Below, piece by piece: positions 52,101 to 64,000 of a stretch of 64,000 nt of DNA. Position 1 is the stretch's first letter. Every line of letters starts with the position of its first letter. This DNA is from Botryllus schlosseri (taxonomy: Eukaryota), in NCBI GenBank assembly GCA_051294905.1, contig CM119385.1, forward strand, positions 8,494,001-8,558,000. Reading direction: 5' to 3'. The position numbers and the translations under genes were made by a program. The notes beneath the pieces were generated by a model. That model saw only the letters and a program-made list of their open reading frames with translations, did no database searches and had not been told where the DNA came from.

Positions 52101-53256
52101 ATTATTTGAAGGACTCGTGTCGCATTGCTGTTGTATGTTATTGCGCATGCTAGCTACCATTAATTCTAACGATGGCAGCTAATGGCGTATTAGTCTTGGA
52201 CCAATTTTGACAAGAAATGGCATTCAACTGAAACGCGTATTCTATCTTCCGGGAGTTTTGTTTTTATATCGACATAGTATAGGCCTACGAATGTCGTCAG
52301 AAGTCTGGATTTAGCGACTGAGCTGACAATAAAACCACGTATTATTTCTAGCATACCCATTTAATACCGATCATTCCGTCGTCACCAGGACGGCCATCTT
52401 GAACTTATTGTTTGGAATTGATTCGCAAGAATAATAATAAAAAGAATACATTCCACCTGGCAAACAGAGACTTAGTGCTCTCTAGTATCAAATAAAGTAG
52501 GTCTAATGGTAAATTAGTTGGATGATTCATACGTCACTGCCATGAAGATTGCCCGCGGATTGTCGAAAGTTTGAAACGCAGGTCAGTTTGATGGTTGCAT
52601 GTGATTTTTCTGTAGTTCGATCGTATACAGTATACACATTATACATTGTCTTACAACTGTGGCGTACAGCGTTGATCCAACCTATACTCTGTACGGTGTA
52701 CTGTACAGTCAGTTTTAGTATCGTCGAATTTTAGAGAGTATGCTGCAGTTATCCGAGAAGTCACCCTAACCAAATTTTGGTTACCCGATTTGGATTGAAT
52801 CTACTTGCAGTTCTAGGTCAAATAATTTTGACGGAATACTTCCTTAGTAAGGCGCAAAATTAAGATTCATAACAGCATCGCGTAGTGATCCTCTTTTAAA
52901 AACCATTGGAGAAACTCCTTAGCATATAGTCGCAATTTTTGGTATTTTCAATTTCAAATACAGTTCGATCGATACGATAACGAATATCCATGTCTGGCTC
53001 TACCTTCCCGAGAAAGTACAAGCGGCAATATGGCTTGTATTATAGCTATCAACGCGTACAGTGGCAGGCACAATCGCCGACACGGTGTTTTAACAGGCGT
53101 CGCGGAAACAAATGGTGTACGGTGCCATAGCTATAAATTACGGAGCTCTGTTTCCGGCGATATCGAGATAGTGTTGTAATATCGTATAATCCTTTGTTGG
53201 CATGGAACGATGTTTGCGACACGGGTCAAATTCATCTGCACTTTGCTATCATCAGT

Positions 53257-53653
53257 TAGGGTTACCATATTTAGGAAATATGAAAAGAGGACACTTTTTC
53301 AAAATTTTCAGACTTACAATACTGGAGTAAAATTCGGAAAAATGGTTGATTGTTTCCGACTTTACGGTTGGTTGACTATAAAAAAAGGTAATTTTTCCGA
53401 CTCGGCTCTAGAAATTGACACTTTTCTTGAATTCTCCGTTGGTTGACTTAGAAAAGGTCAACTTTCCAGCCCAGCTCCTGAAATAGCCGCCGGAGCGTCA
53501 CTTCAGTGATGATTTACTGTATCTCAGTCGAATTTTACCCTATATTAAACCGCAATCATCAAAAAAAAGGACATTTGGGCGTCCTCCGAGGACACTTTCA
53601 AAAAATTAAAAAAAGGGACAAATCCTCTTAAAAGAGCACGTATGGTAATTCTA
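53257..53653. mobile_element. hAT-type MITE (397 bp)
   Basis: Ends TAGGGTTACCATAT...AAGAGGACA and AAGAGCACGTATGGTAATTCTA; perfect TSD tcatcagt (53249-53256, 53654-53661). A reversed degenerate end of the family sits at ~54048-54160. Confidence 0.88.
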
Positions 53654-54409
53654 TCATCAGTATAATGGATAATAAAATTGGATGACCCCAGTCCTTGGAT
53701 ATGCCTGCTGTCACGCCGTGGACATCGACAAAATGATAATGATAACTAAATGAACTTCTGCCCAATATTTTATTTTGTTTCTGACGCTGTGCCGCCAGTA
53801 CTTTTTATTATGTTTCGCCTACACCGCTGGATATATATTCAATACATTAAATTTAATATATATGCAATATATAGTATTTAGCATCGGCAATGTGTTGTCA
53901 TAGGATTGCTTTCGTGTTCACAACGGAACTTCTATAAATTTCGCAACACCTACAAATGTGTACCCCTGCTCTACTTATCACTTATTGTTTTTTCATTCTG
54001 TCCATAGAAGTAGAATGGTTCGAGGGTTCATCATATATGATAATGTGGGGCTACTACATGTCCTCTTTAAGAGGATTTTTCCTCTTTTTTTCAATAAATT
54101 GAAAGTGTCCTCGGAGGACGCCTTAATGTCCTCGTTTTGGGGAATTTTTCCCAAAGTATTAAAATGGGATCAAAAACTCGACTCCAACGCAGCGAACGCC
54201 AGAGTTGGCAAGACAAAAGACGGAAAATACGGCGCGACGGGTATTGCGGGTGTAGAGATGGGAATGATGACCTGTTTGTTTTAGTCAACACCATAGAAGC
54301 AACGTAAAAAGCGGTGATTCGTGAGTCGAGTAAAAGTGACGATTATTTTTTAGTCAACACGGTACTATTGGTCGAAAAACGTTCAAAATCCCAGGTTTTC
54401 CCACTAGAG

Positions 54410-55518
54410 CAGTGGTTCCCAACGTGGGCGATATCGCCCCCCAGGGGGCGATTTGGCGGTCTAGGGGGGCGAAAATAACGAAGGGGGCGATAGGGGGGCG
54501 ATGGTGCGTTAAAACGGCTATATTGGAGTTGGGACCGTAACTATCGCATCCCAAACCCCCTAATTGGGGGTGGGGGCCCGAAATCGAAGGAAGCCCAAAA
54601 TTATTTCGTGAATTAACATGAATGACAGAGTAATATTTTAGAATTTCATGCGACTTTGTCAAAAATTTTAATATTTTCATGTATCTTGATGTTGGCGTCC
54701 TCGTCACCCAACAAAAATACGCATGATTTATGGAAATGGGAGACTTCGGCGTCGGCCATTACTGCGCCACGACGCACCAAGACGTATGCAGTTAGAGGCC
54801 ATGAAACATGCGCATCCGAGAAGTGTGCCAGAACGATCAGCAGCGACAAGACCTTGGCCGAAAAGGAATGCTCTTGTGCTGACCGAAAACTTCGATATAT
54901 ATACATATATGTTTAATTGTCCATAGGCGCCTTGATGGCTGGCTTCGAATGTTCCTGTCCTGGCGACCTTAACCCTATATGACAAATGCCATCCCGTAAG
55001 GTAAAAATTATTTGCCAGTAAAGAAATACCAATATGAAATCATGTGCGTCTTTTAGTTTGGTACGTTTTGACGATTTCTATGTCTTCTGACATAGCAGAT
55101 ATAGGAGGTCACGAATAGCATCATGAAAAGAAGTCAATATAATAACGATTCCGCCCGAAGATGTTCAATTATTATTTAGGGGTCCTACCTTTTCCAACAT
55201 ACCACATCGACCACATTGACCGATTCAAACATGAATTATATGAATTAGTCGCGCTTCGCGCGTTTAGGCGAAATACGGTGACTCACCAAACAGTACATGA
55301 AATAAGGTATAGCTGATATGTAGCGACAAAAAGAACACTGGCTGAGGGGGTCTGGGGATTGGTTTATCACGCTATGGAGCCAAAGACCAACGTATTTTTT
55401 CAGGGGGGGGGGGGCTGACTGACGAAGTGCTGTTTTTCGGTTCCCAATATTTGGGGGGCGATGATCGGTGTGGAACTTCAAAAGGGGGCGATGCGTCGAA
55501 AAAGGTTGGGAACCACTG
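54410..55518. mobile_element. hAT Charlie-like non-autonomous element (1109 bp)
   Basis: TIR CAGTGGTTCCCAAC...GTTGGGAACCACTG; perfect TSD cactagag (54402-54409, 55519-55526); GGGGGCGA subterminal repeats. Confidence 0.93.
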
Positions 55519-56406
55519 CACTAGAGGATTCAAAATTTCTGAATTATCCTCTTCGTCGGGTCTCAAAATACGGTAACCCATGTATAGACCTATACTTTCC
55601 TGGTTGCCTTTGCTTAATTTACTCTAAGCAGAGTGCGTTTTCTGTTTGTAATTGTTGGACCCATTCTCATTATAAAAATTCGAATTGTATTTACTTTGGT
55701 CGAGACCACTACGGGCGTCCCATCGCTAACCGTGCCTATACATTCCACTAGATGATGCCTATGAGTCGGATATTTGTGGTCGTAACACGTTGCGCAATTG
55801 TGACGACATATTGAGGTCAGGTCAGTCAACTTGGATTTCGGAATTGATGACCGTTTCAAGTAATTACTTTTCGAACGCGGTATTGTATATACTTCGGGAA
55901 AGTTATTCTTAACCACGTCGAATAAATGACTCCGGGAGGCGTGACGTCATAAACCTTGTTTTGACGCGACAAAGCGCATTACTGTTCACATCACTGAGGC
56001 GCGGATTTTCTAAGCGTTGAGCTTATTTAGTTTAGGACAGTGGCACTTAACTCAGCTCATACACATATTCTTTGATGGCACGTCCATCATTGGTTGCGGG
56101 GCATTAAGGGGTGACCAGTAGTCGAAATATGACTGTTTTGGTGTTACGTCGTGTTTGGTGGCGTACGTAGGGGAGTTGAGGTTCGAAACCGAAAACCTGT
56201 CCTTCTGAAGAGCCAATGCTGTCTCCGATATGTAAAAGCTCACTAGCAAATAAGGTAAGCAATTAGTATCCCGCAATTGCGTTTCGACCAAACAATACGA
56301 TGACACTTTCCAGAGTGAAATCTCGCATTTCTGTACGGATATCTAGTTTTGTTCTTTTAACGCTCTGTTGATGCACGCTGCACAGTTATTCATCATGATC
56401 ATCATT

Positions 56407-58215
56407 GGTTTATTAGCAATTTTATCAGTTCAATACACCACAAAAAATGCGATACAATGAAAAGAAAGGAGGATGTCGAAGCGACTAGGAGTTGTCTATG
56501 GAATCGGACACCCACCTTGGCCTAGGCCAGGGGTTCTCAGCCCTTTCTTGGACGTGGCCCATTTTCCGGTTTGAAAATGTGCTGTGGCCCACCTCTTATC
56601 TTAGAGTTATAATCCCGTTCAATGCGTGGTAATCGACGGCGCCGATATGCCTACTTATCTAAAATATGCTCATTGTTCTCTTAATTTACTGATGATATTT
56701 AAATGTAGCTAGACCTCCTGCGACATGAAATCGCGCGAAGCGCGACGAAAATTTTCGAGTTGAATAAATGTCATCCAACAAACGACCAACGAAATAATCT
56801 TGCGCCCCTTCGAGCTCCCCCATTGGGGGTTTGGGTGTGGCAGTTACGACCCAGGTAGATCATTAGACTAAACTCCTGTGTATATTATGATCGTCCGCTG
56901 CTCCATTCGCGTTGCGAAACACAATGATCAAATCCCCGTATCCACTGTGTGATAGGGGTTTTATCGTTCCACTATTGTGGGGAATAATATAATCATTTTG
57001 GGCCAGCTTCAAACAATTCATTAATAAATGGAGTGCTAGTACTACAGAGAAGTGGAGGAAGAGTTTTTAATATGCAAGCTGTAGAATGTATGCCTTGTAC
57101 CAAACCAACTCTGAAGTTGCGATGTCAAAATATTCAATCCAATGATACAACCAGTTCATGTAACTCTTACATTCTGTTCAATGATTTTCATGCCGGACAT
57201 TTTAAACCGACTCCAAAGATTAGTGCGTCCCGCTATATCCTCAATCCATTATGATTCGTTGCAGTGGTGCAGTATACCGTCATCAGAAGTTGCTAATAAT
57301 TTTCAATTATGGCTATTTTTCTCTTACAATAATACGACCTGCCCTGCCGAAGTACAGTAAGTCCATACATCAATGACACTTCATTCCGAGTTTATTGCAC
57401 ATCCTTTCAACGGAATACGACATATGAACCTGCCGGAATACTTGGTTACTCCAGCATTACCTTCCAGTTATCATATACTCGAAATTACTTTTGTTGCTGT
57501 TAGCCGTAGGCTGTCATAGCCTGTGGGAAAAGCCGCCGTTTTTCCCTCCCGTTTTCGACTTGTACGTGCTGACTCCATACGAGTCGGATGAAAAGTTTAT
57601 CAATCTATTTCTAGCGTTTAACATAAAAAATATAACTAAACTTACGTTAATTCTAAAATTTTCTAAATAGCTCTGTGGCCCACCTCAAAATGCTCTGTGG
57701 CCCACCCTTTGAGAACCCCTGGCCTAGGCGATGTAAAGAGGAGGCATGCACACTGAATGAAAGTAAAGAAGATAGTATAGAAAAAGGAAGCGACAAGAAA
57801 TAGGGCGGCGTGTCAGGGGAAGCCCGATCGATAGGTCAGTCGTGGTCCGGTAATCTTGAGGATGGACTGTATTTATTTAGTAGTAATTGCTTGTATTTCG
57901 ACTTGAATGTGGACATGCTCGTCGACTGCCTGATGGCCGGCGGGATACTGTTCCACACATCAGGTCCGGCATATTTGATAGAGCGATGATCTTTTCGGTC
58001 GATCATATGATATTTGGACGACGTGGACGCGCGTGTGTTGTACTTGTGCGCTTTTGATTCAGAGGTAAAGAAGTCATTGAAGTATTCGGGGCAACGACCG
58101 CAGTGAAACTGATACACAAACTCCGCGATTTCTAGTTTCCGCATATCTTCTATGTTTAGGACGCCGAATCTCTTCAGCAGCGACTTATTGGATCTTGTAC
58201 ACCGACTATCTATAG
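56407..58215 (-). mobile_element. 5'-truncated L2/CR1-group LINE 3' end (ORF2 C-terminus 58215-57836 plus 3' UTR), interrupted by a hAT element
   Basis: The ORF reads VLNIEDMRKLEIAEFVY...HKYNTRAS...SIKYAGPDVWNSIPPAIRQSTSMSTFKSKYKQLLL, typical of the end of a LINE reverse transcriptase ORF. The 3' UTR ends with AATAAA and a (ATG)n-like tail near 56385-56415. Confidence 0.85.
56528..57721. mobile_element. hAT Charlie-like non-autonomous element inserted in the LINE 3' UTR
   Basis: TIR CAGGGGTTCTCA...TGAGAACCCCTG; perfect TSD gcctaggc (56520-56527, 57722-57729). The empty site, with a single gcctaagc, is visible in the paralog at ~19793-19800. Confidence 0.95.
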
Positions 58216-58300
58216 CTGTGATTCCCAACCGCGGCTCTCAGAGCCGCATGCAGCTGAAAGCTAGCCTTCTTGCAGCTCCGTTTGACCTCTAAACATGTCA
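58216..58300 (+). mobile_element. Left end of another Charlie-like hAT; partner end not found in window
   Basis: CTGTGATTCCCAACCGCGGCTCTCAGAGCCGCATGCAGCT resembles Charlie-type termini and truncates the LINE ORF. Confidence 0.5.
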
Positions 58301-59692
58301 CAAAAATATAATAGACAGTTGTTGTTTGTTTTATGAATAGTTATAGTCTATTTCTGTAAATGAATGCTAAAATAAGGTATATTAGTTTTGTTCAAAGCCG
58401 ACCAAGGTCGCTTCTGAAAACAGGGAAAGAGAATTCTTGCAGACTGTTTGCAGACTTGTTTGCGCTTGCGCATTTCATCTGTCGATCTTCATTTTAGTAA
58501 TTATTTGTAATCAAGCCTTTTCAGATAGGCTGTTCTTACCGCTATATAAAGCGTCTGCGAACCACCATTTGTTGGTTACTTACGTTGACGCAAAATTAAT
58601 TGTAAATCTTACATTAGTTACGTTTATCTTGATTCTGTTACGTTCGCTGGCTGTATGTTGCTGTTGCTGTTGCTGTGCTAAGTGTCAGCTATCATCATCA
58701 AGTTGGGCGTGCTATTGTGTTATTAAAGTCATGGATCACGTGTATGAATTACAACGATTAGCATCCGTAGATAACCCCATAGACAGGCTTCTGTGCCGAT
58801 AATCGGCAGCGCAAGATTCGGACTGCCGCGCAGAAACAATTTACAATTAATTTGCAATTTGCAATCAATTCGCCGGTGGAAGATTTCCGTCGAATATTCT
58901 CTACATTGAAGAGGGCGTTTCCTCTTGGACGAAGCGGACGATTGCGATGCTTCCACAGTCTATGTTCACCGTTTCGAGAATCAAGAGCTCCGTTTCATTC
59001 CGTCAGTTCAGTCCGTCCAACAACGCGTTAATCTTGTCTGCAGCATTCTCCGTTTGTCTGAAAGTCGCATCGATTGCATGGCTGCCACATTCAGGATCAC
59101 TGCAAAGATGGCAGCGCAACTGCATGGAGAGTATATTCTTCTCTCTCCAGATGATATCACCCGGGACCATATTCACTCAGGGGCTTGAGTCACAGTTGCC
59201 GACAGATGCCCAAACGTTGGATGCGGAAGATTGAAACGGCCTCTTGGAGATGATCGAGAACGGAACCTGACGATGAAGCGGGTTGGCATTCAAGGCATCA
59301 GAGGGTCGAGACGGTACAATTTCTCTGCACATACATTCATTCCTCTGCGCAGTCCCTTCAGTTTCGCCCCTGCTACCGTTCCCTCATTGTATTGACGCTC
59401 ATCATCTGTTAGATTTGTGTCGGGCACCTCGCATCGAAAGGAGAATTCGGCTAGAATTTCTACCGAGCAATGCCGGAAATATTGTTCTGATTCCGAAATT
59501 TTCATTGCGAGCTATTGCACGTTGCGGGGACGCCTCTAAAGATTATTTCGACTTCTCCGATGGTGACGAATTTTCCAGATTGTGATACGATTCGTCCGAC
59601 ATCGAGAGTCGTCATCACGCGCCTAAGTGAAACTGTCCAAGTTGGAGTTGCGTTCGATTTAGGGATGGTGTGAACCTCTGAAAGGTTCAGGT

Positions 59693-61082
59693 CAGACTTG
59701 TACAAACTACTGAATTTTCAAAAAGCGCAACTAGAACTAGAACTAAAACTACTCAATTTTTAAGACTCGCAACTATAACTATAACTAGAACTACCCAATT
59801 TTCAAATCCTGCAACTAGAACTAGAACTACTCAATTTTCAAAACTTGCAACTATAACTAGAACTAGAACTAACGAAATTTAAATAACTAAAACACAACTA
59901 ACTAAATTTAATTCTCAATCAACTCATTCAATTTTTTTATTCGAATTCGGCGTTCCAGCCTTCCACATGAGCGTCGGTACAGCGAAATTACTGAAAAATC
60001 AGACAGACAGAACTATTCTGTAATCAGTACAGGATAAACTAAACCATTTTCTGCAGCTGTTGCTGATTGCAGCGAATCAACATGAGTCGCGAAAATGTTT
60101 TTTCGTTGAGTTTTGCTATCTTTGGGGAATACAAAATCCCAGCATACGAGAAAGCCCTTTCACTGGGCGCAGATGTCGCAGTCATCCCAAGAAAATCTTT
60201 CACCAAGTTTCGTAATTCTGGCAAGTCGGTCATATTCCGCCAACAGTTTAGCACATTCTGACCCAGGGGTAGTCGCTGTTCCCTGGCATACTTTTTCACC
60301 TCAGACGGGCCTGATGTAACTTCAAGCGGACGACACTGACTTTGAGGTAGAAAGTTGAAGAATGAGAGTCTCGGTTTCTTGTGCGTTGGAGAGCCAGTAG
60401 GAGACGATCCACGCAATTTATGCAATTTCCTTTGTAAAGATCTTGGGCGAATCCAGATTGTCTTCTCGTCTGGGCAGGCGTGGTCGGCATCATCATCATC
60501 ATCATCACGAATCAAATCTCGTAAGTTTAACAGATGCGACAGCTTAGTTCCGAGATAATACCTTAGAACACTATGATAATATTCGCCAGCGCACAGCAGT
60601 AGATCGCTAGTTCACATTCCAATTAGTAAACAACCTCAGCGGGAGATCGCGTGTCGCTGCGGACTGTCGATTGTTGTAAATTTGCCGAGTTATCAGTGAA
60701 CTCGGCATAATCAACGTATTAACTATGATCCAACAATGAGCATTTGATCCTTTGTCATGATCACATCAGTAACCCGCAGTAACCTCACTTGTCACGCGAG
60801 GAGAGTTCTCATCACGCAGGACAAACGAGTGTTTTCTAGTTGTTCGGCAACTAATATTTTTTTGAAATGCGCAACTAAAACTAGAACTAGAACTACTGAA
60901 TTTTCAAAATCTGCAACTACAACTAGAACTAGAACTACGCAATTTTCAAAATCCGCAACTACAACTAGAACTAGAACTACGCAATTTTCAAAATCCGCAA
61001 CTACAACTAGAACTAGAACTACTCAAAAAACTGTTAGTTAGTTGACCGTCAACTAACTAAATGTTTAGTTTGTACAAGTCTG
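59693..61082 (-). mobile_element. Internally deleted hAT transposon with transposase C-terminal dimerization domain (ORF 60515-60039)
   Basis: 17-bp TIR CAGACTTGTACAAACTA...TAGTTTGTACAAGTCTG; perfect TSD gttcaggt. The ORF contains LNCWRNMTDLPELRNLVKDFLGMTATSAPSERAFSYAG...RLMLIRCN. Confidence 0.93.
60870..61026 (+). repeat. Subterminal 42-bp tandem repeat (TTTTCAAAATCCGCAACTACAACTAGAACTAGAACTACGCAA), ~3.5 copies; looser array at 59703-59875
   Basis: Units start at 60901, 60943 and 60985, directly visible. Confidence 0.9.
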
Positions 61083-61744
61083 GTTCAGGTTCTTGTGAAC
61101 GCGAACCTTTTTGAAAGGTTCTGTGTGAACACGAACGTGAACCTCGTGACGTCACGTGACGTCATATTGCTAATTCCAACCCTATCTTCCAATGAAGTGA
61201 TAGCCTATATTAATGTACACGATACCTAGCGAAGACTCGGTCCACATAATGCCACAATGCTGAAGTACATATTGGCGTTTTATGTATCAATGTATCAACC
61301 GCGGTAATCAAAGGATATAATAATTGCATAAAATCAATACATTCCGTCGCTTTGCCAACAATTTCGATAAGAACTTACCAAGGAATATAAGCTTACGCCT
61401 TCACGGTCTTAGCCAGACCGGACAATGTGTTCGGAGTCTGAGTATTGCTACATTTATATTGAGCAGAGTGTACAACGGGTCTCTATAATCGCTACCGATA
61501 CCAATAACAACAACAAGTTATGCAGCAGTAGCAAGGACCTTAATCGCACGGATTTGGTTTAAATGATAGGCTACAGTAAAAATATGAAGTCAAGATTGAC
61601 TCCGTACGCCCGTTCAATTTTTTACATCAGAAGACGATATCAATGTCATTGATTGGTTGAATAAGCATCATTCGCTGATTACGTATTCATCGCTCGTGAT
61701 GTTGTGTGATTGCGGGTCAAGCTCGCAGCAGAGAGTCACTAAAT

Positions 61745-63652
61745 CAGTGGTCACCAACCTTTTTGCAACCGAGGGCTACTTTTGCGTAATGATTGACGCG
61801 GCGGGCTACTATTTACTCCTGCCGTTTACCCGTGTCACACTGAATTTCCGCTTTGATATTCATGGCACTGGGCAGGACTGGACATCATGTTATATGTTTC
61901 TATAGCAGTCAGTGGGAAGCCTGGCATTGTATGATATCAACTAGTGCGCTGTACTTAGGTATTCAACTTGACACTGCAATTCTTAGTGAGTGTTCCAGAT
62001 GTGCATTAAATTAAGCGTGTTTTGTGTTTGTTTTTGATGAAGCTCATGTCCGAAAAGGCTGATTCACAACGATAAGTTGAAACATAGACGCTTGCAACCT
62101 TCATAGCTGCTGCGCATACACCACTGTACTTTTCCGTATCAACAATGCACCAAAGTTTGCTGCAGACTGAGGTGGGGTCATTTTGCAGTGTTACAATTTC
62201 AATCTCCAACTGTTCAGCATCCAGAAATGACAAGATTTCATTATACCGGACACCAGTAACGATTACAGAAAGTTAGAAACATGGTATATTAAACTGCGTC
62301 GAGTGTAACAGAAACAAGCTCTGTCAAAAGATGCAATACGTAATGGGTATACAAATATTGAAAATCTGCTAGTACTTCACGGCTATCTGACTCCGAATAG
62401 TAATATTTTTTACTACTTTGGCATTGTCCTGGTCGTCGAGCTATCGTAACGGAACCCCCCACCATTTCAAGAAGACCGTGAACGGCATTCCGTCAGGTCG
62501 CTTTTATAGGCAATGCGCCGTATTTTGAATTTCTGGTGATTCTATCACAAACATCTATATATTACTAATTGTTAGGGCGGTTTTTTTTTGACATGTCAAA
62601 ATTTGTCAAAATTTTCTCAAAATAGTAGCGTTAGGTCAAAATTTGTCAAAATTGTTCATAAAGTCAAAAAAATTTTGACGTCTTTATTTCGTTTGTATCG
62701 TAGATTTTGCACTGTCGGTGAACGTATCATTTGATATTTTACAGCTTGCAGCCTACTTTATAGGCCTACTGTTGTAAACGGCTAATTGTCTGCTCATACT
62801 GAATCATCAACGGTCAAATAAAACAAATAGGTGGACATGGTATTATGGTCAACGTACCGCAATATCCTAACTGGAACATCATTCTTATATTGAGTAGCGC
62901 ATGATGAAAAATTGTAATAGATAACATTGTCAGAATGAAGCAACATGGTGTTTCACCAGTAGTGTATGCACAACTTAGGTGTTGTCAGCCAACAGCTGCT
63001 GCTGTTGAACGTCCTTGGCAAGTAAGGACATGCACTTTTTACCCACGAATATAGGAAAGTATCTCTCGTTGTACTAAAAATTTTTGAAAAATTATTTCCA
63101 CCATAATACGTATTGCAACAACTGGAATTCTTCATAGGGCCAGATTTCGTTAAAATATTGTTTTTTATATGTACAAAGTTGCCTGTTTCTATGCCAAAAA
63201 CGTTTTTTCAGGCCAAACTACTATATTGGGACAGCCAGTTACAACCGGAAATGTAGATAACTGGTACAATTTTGACATTATATGGGAAAACGCCTAATTT
63301 GCATACGTTAAGTCAAAATTTGGTCAAAATTCAGTTTTTTTAGGTCAAAAAAAGTCAAAATTTTGATTTTTTAGGTCAAAATTTACTTTTTTTTAGGTCA
63401 AAAAAAAAAACCGCCCTACTAATTGTAATTGAAGATATTTTCAAGTGTTTATATATGTAAGTTACATGTTAGTGTGTTTTAAACAAGAATAGCTGAATCA
63501 ATCAATCTATATATTTAAAAGCTCACTGGTAATAATCTGACGAATATTGGTAAATGCTGCTATTCCACATATTTGTAGAATGGGCTCGCGGGCTACTCAT
63601 CTAGTCCTCGCGGGCTACCTGGTGCCCGCGGGCACCGGGTTGGTGACCCCTG
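61745..63652 (-). mobile_element. Charlie/GTF2IRD2-like hAT deletion derivative with transposase C-terminal remnant (62233-62006)
   Basis: TIR CAGTGGTCACCAAC...GTTGGTGACCCCTG; perfect TSD cactaaat. The ORF reads AAMKVASVYVSTYRCESAFSDMSFIKNKHKTRL (cf. FGSTYLCE..FS.M..IK.K.R.RL). Confidence 0.92.
62573..63418 (-). mobile_element. TAGGGCG-family non-autonomous hAT nested in 61745-63652
   Basis: TIR TAGGGCGGTTTTTTTT...AAAAAAAACCGCCCTA; perfect TSD ctaattgt (62565-62572, 63419-63426); reverse complement of the 5471 and 35767 copies. Confidence 0.93.
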
Positions 63653-64000
63653 CACTAAATATTCACAAACGGAAAGCTGGTTTTACCGAGAAAATTTTTG
63701 CAACAAAGCAAGTAAAACTTTTAAGGTTGTCGAGATGCATGCCGCATGCTCGTTTAGCGTTGATTTTTTTTTATGCTGCCAGCACCATGCATGGAGTGGC
63801 CCGCAGTTGAAATGCAATAAATTTGAGTCAAAGATCTTATAATGGAGTGAAAATTACAATTTACCAAAAGGTTCACAGTGCAGAACCTACCAAGGTTCTG
63901 TTGTGAACGCGAACCTCTAAATTTCCGAGGTTCACACACAGAACGCGAACGTGAACCTCGCGTCCACACCACCCCTAGTTCGATTGTCTGCGCTCATTCA

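Larger units (their letters stand above)
59660..63977. mobile_element. Outer hAT-type element (~1 kb native) hosting three further elements
   Basis: Termini TAGGGATGGTGTGAAC / GTCCACACCACCCCTA; perfect TSD gttcgatt (59652-59659, 63978-63985). GAACCT..AGGTTC..GTGAACGCGAAC repeats at ~61090-61145 and ~63880-63960. Confidence 0.88.

Noticed and set aside
60757-61041. 94-aa ORF with repeated TTTRTRTTQFSKSA units; also array-like appearance (CRISPR-like)
   Set aside because: Translation artefact of the 42-bp subterminal tandem repeat; no unique spacers and no cas genes; eukaryotic context.

Overview
Eukaryotic genomic DNA, AT-rich and intron-containing. It is probably an invertebrate chordate (ascidian/tunicate), which I infer only from gene content, short introns and the divergent Cdx; the species cannot be identified from the sequence. 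Five protein-coding genes were assembled by hand from GT/GC-AG splice sites with consistent phases. (1) A 2-exon Cdx/caudal homeobox gene (+, 4217-8149). (2) A convergent 27-exon kinesin-3 of the KIF28/KLP-6 type (-, 26514-10348) with micro-exons, one GC-AG intron and a C-terminal CaaX box. (3) A multi-exon TNF-superfamily ligand (-, 39350-36883). (4) A head-to-head TM plus coiled-coil gene resembling cTAGE5/MIA2 (+, 40394-46244, tentative identity). (5) A complete intronless CFAP221/PCDP1 ORF (+, 41700-44348), preceded by a canonical RFX X-box and apparently nested on the same strand in an intron of gene 4. Intergenic and intronic space holds at least 16 hAT-type elements with terminal inverted repeats (TIRs) and 8-bp target-site duplications (TSDs). 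These include a four-element nest at 59660-63977 and a ~315-bp-arm foldback element. There are also LINE 3' fragments and two tRNA-derived SINEs. All identifications rest on motif recognition by eye; no database searches were run.
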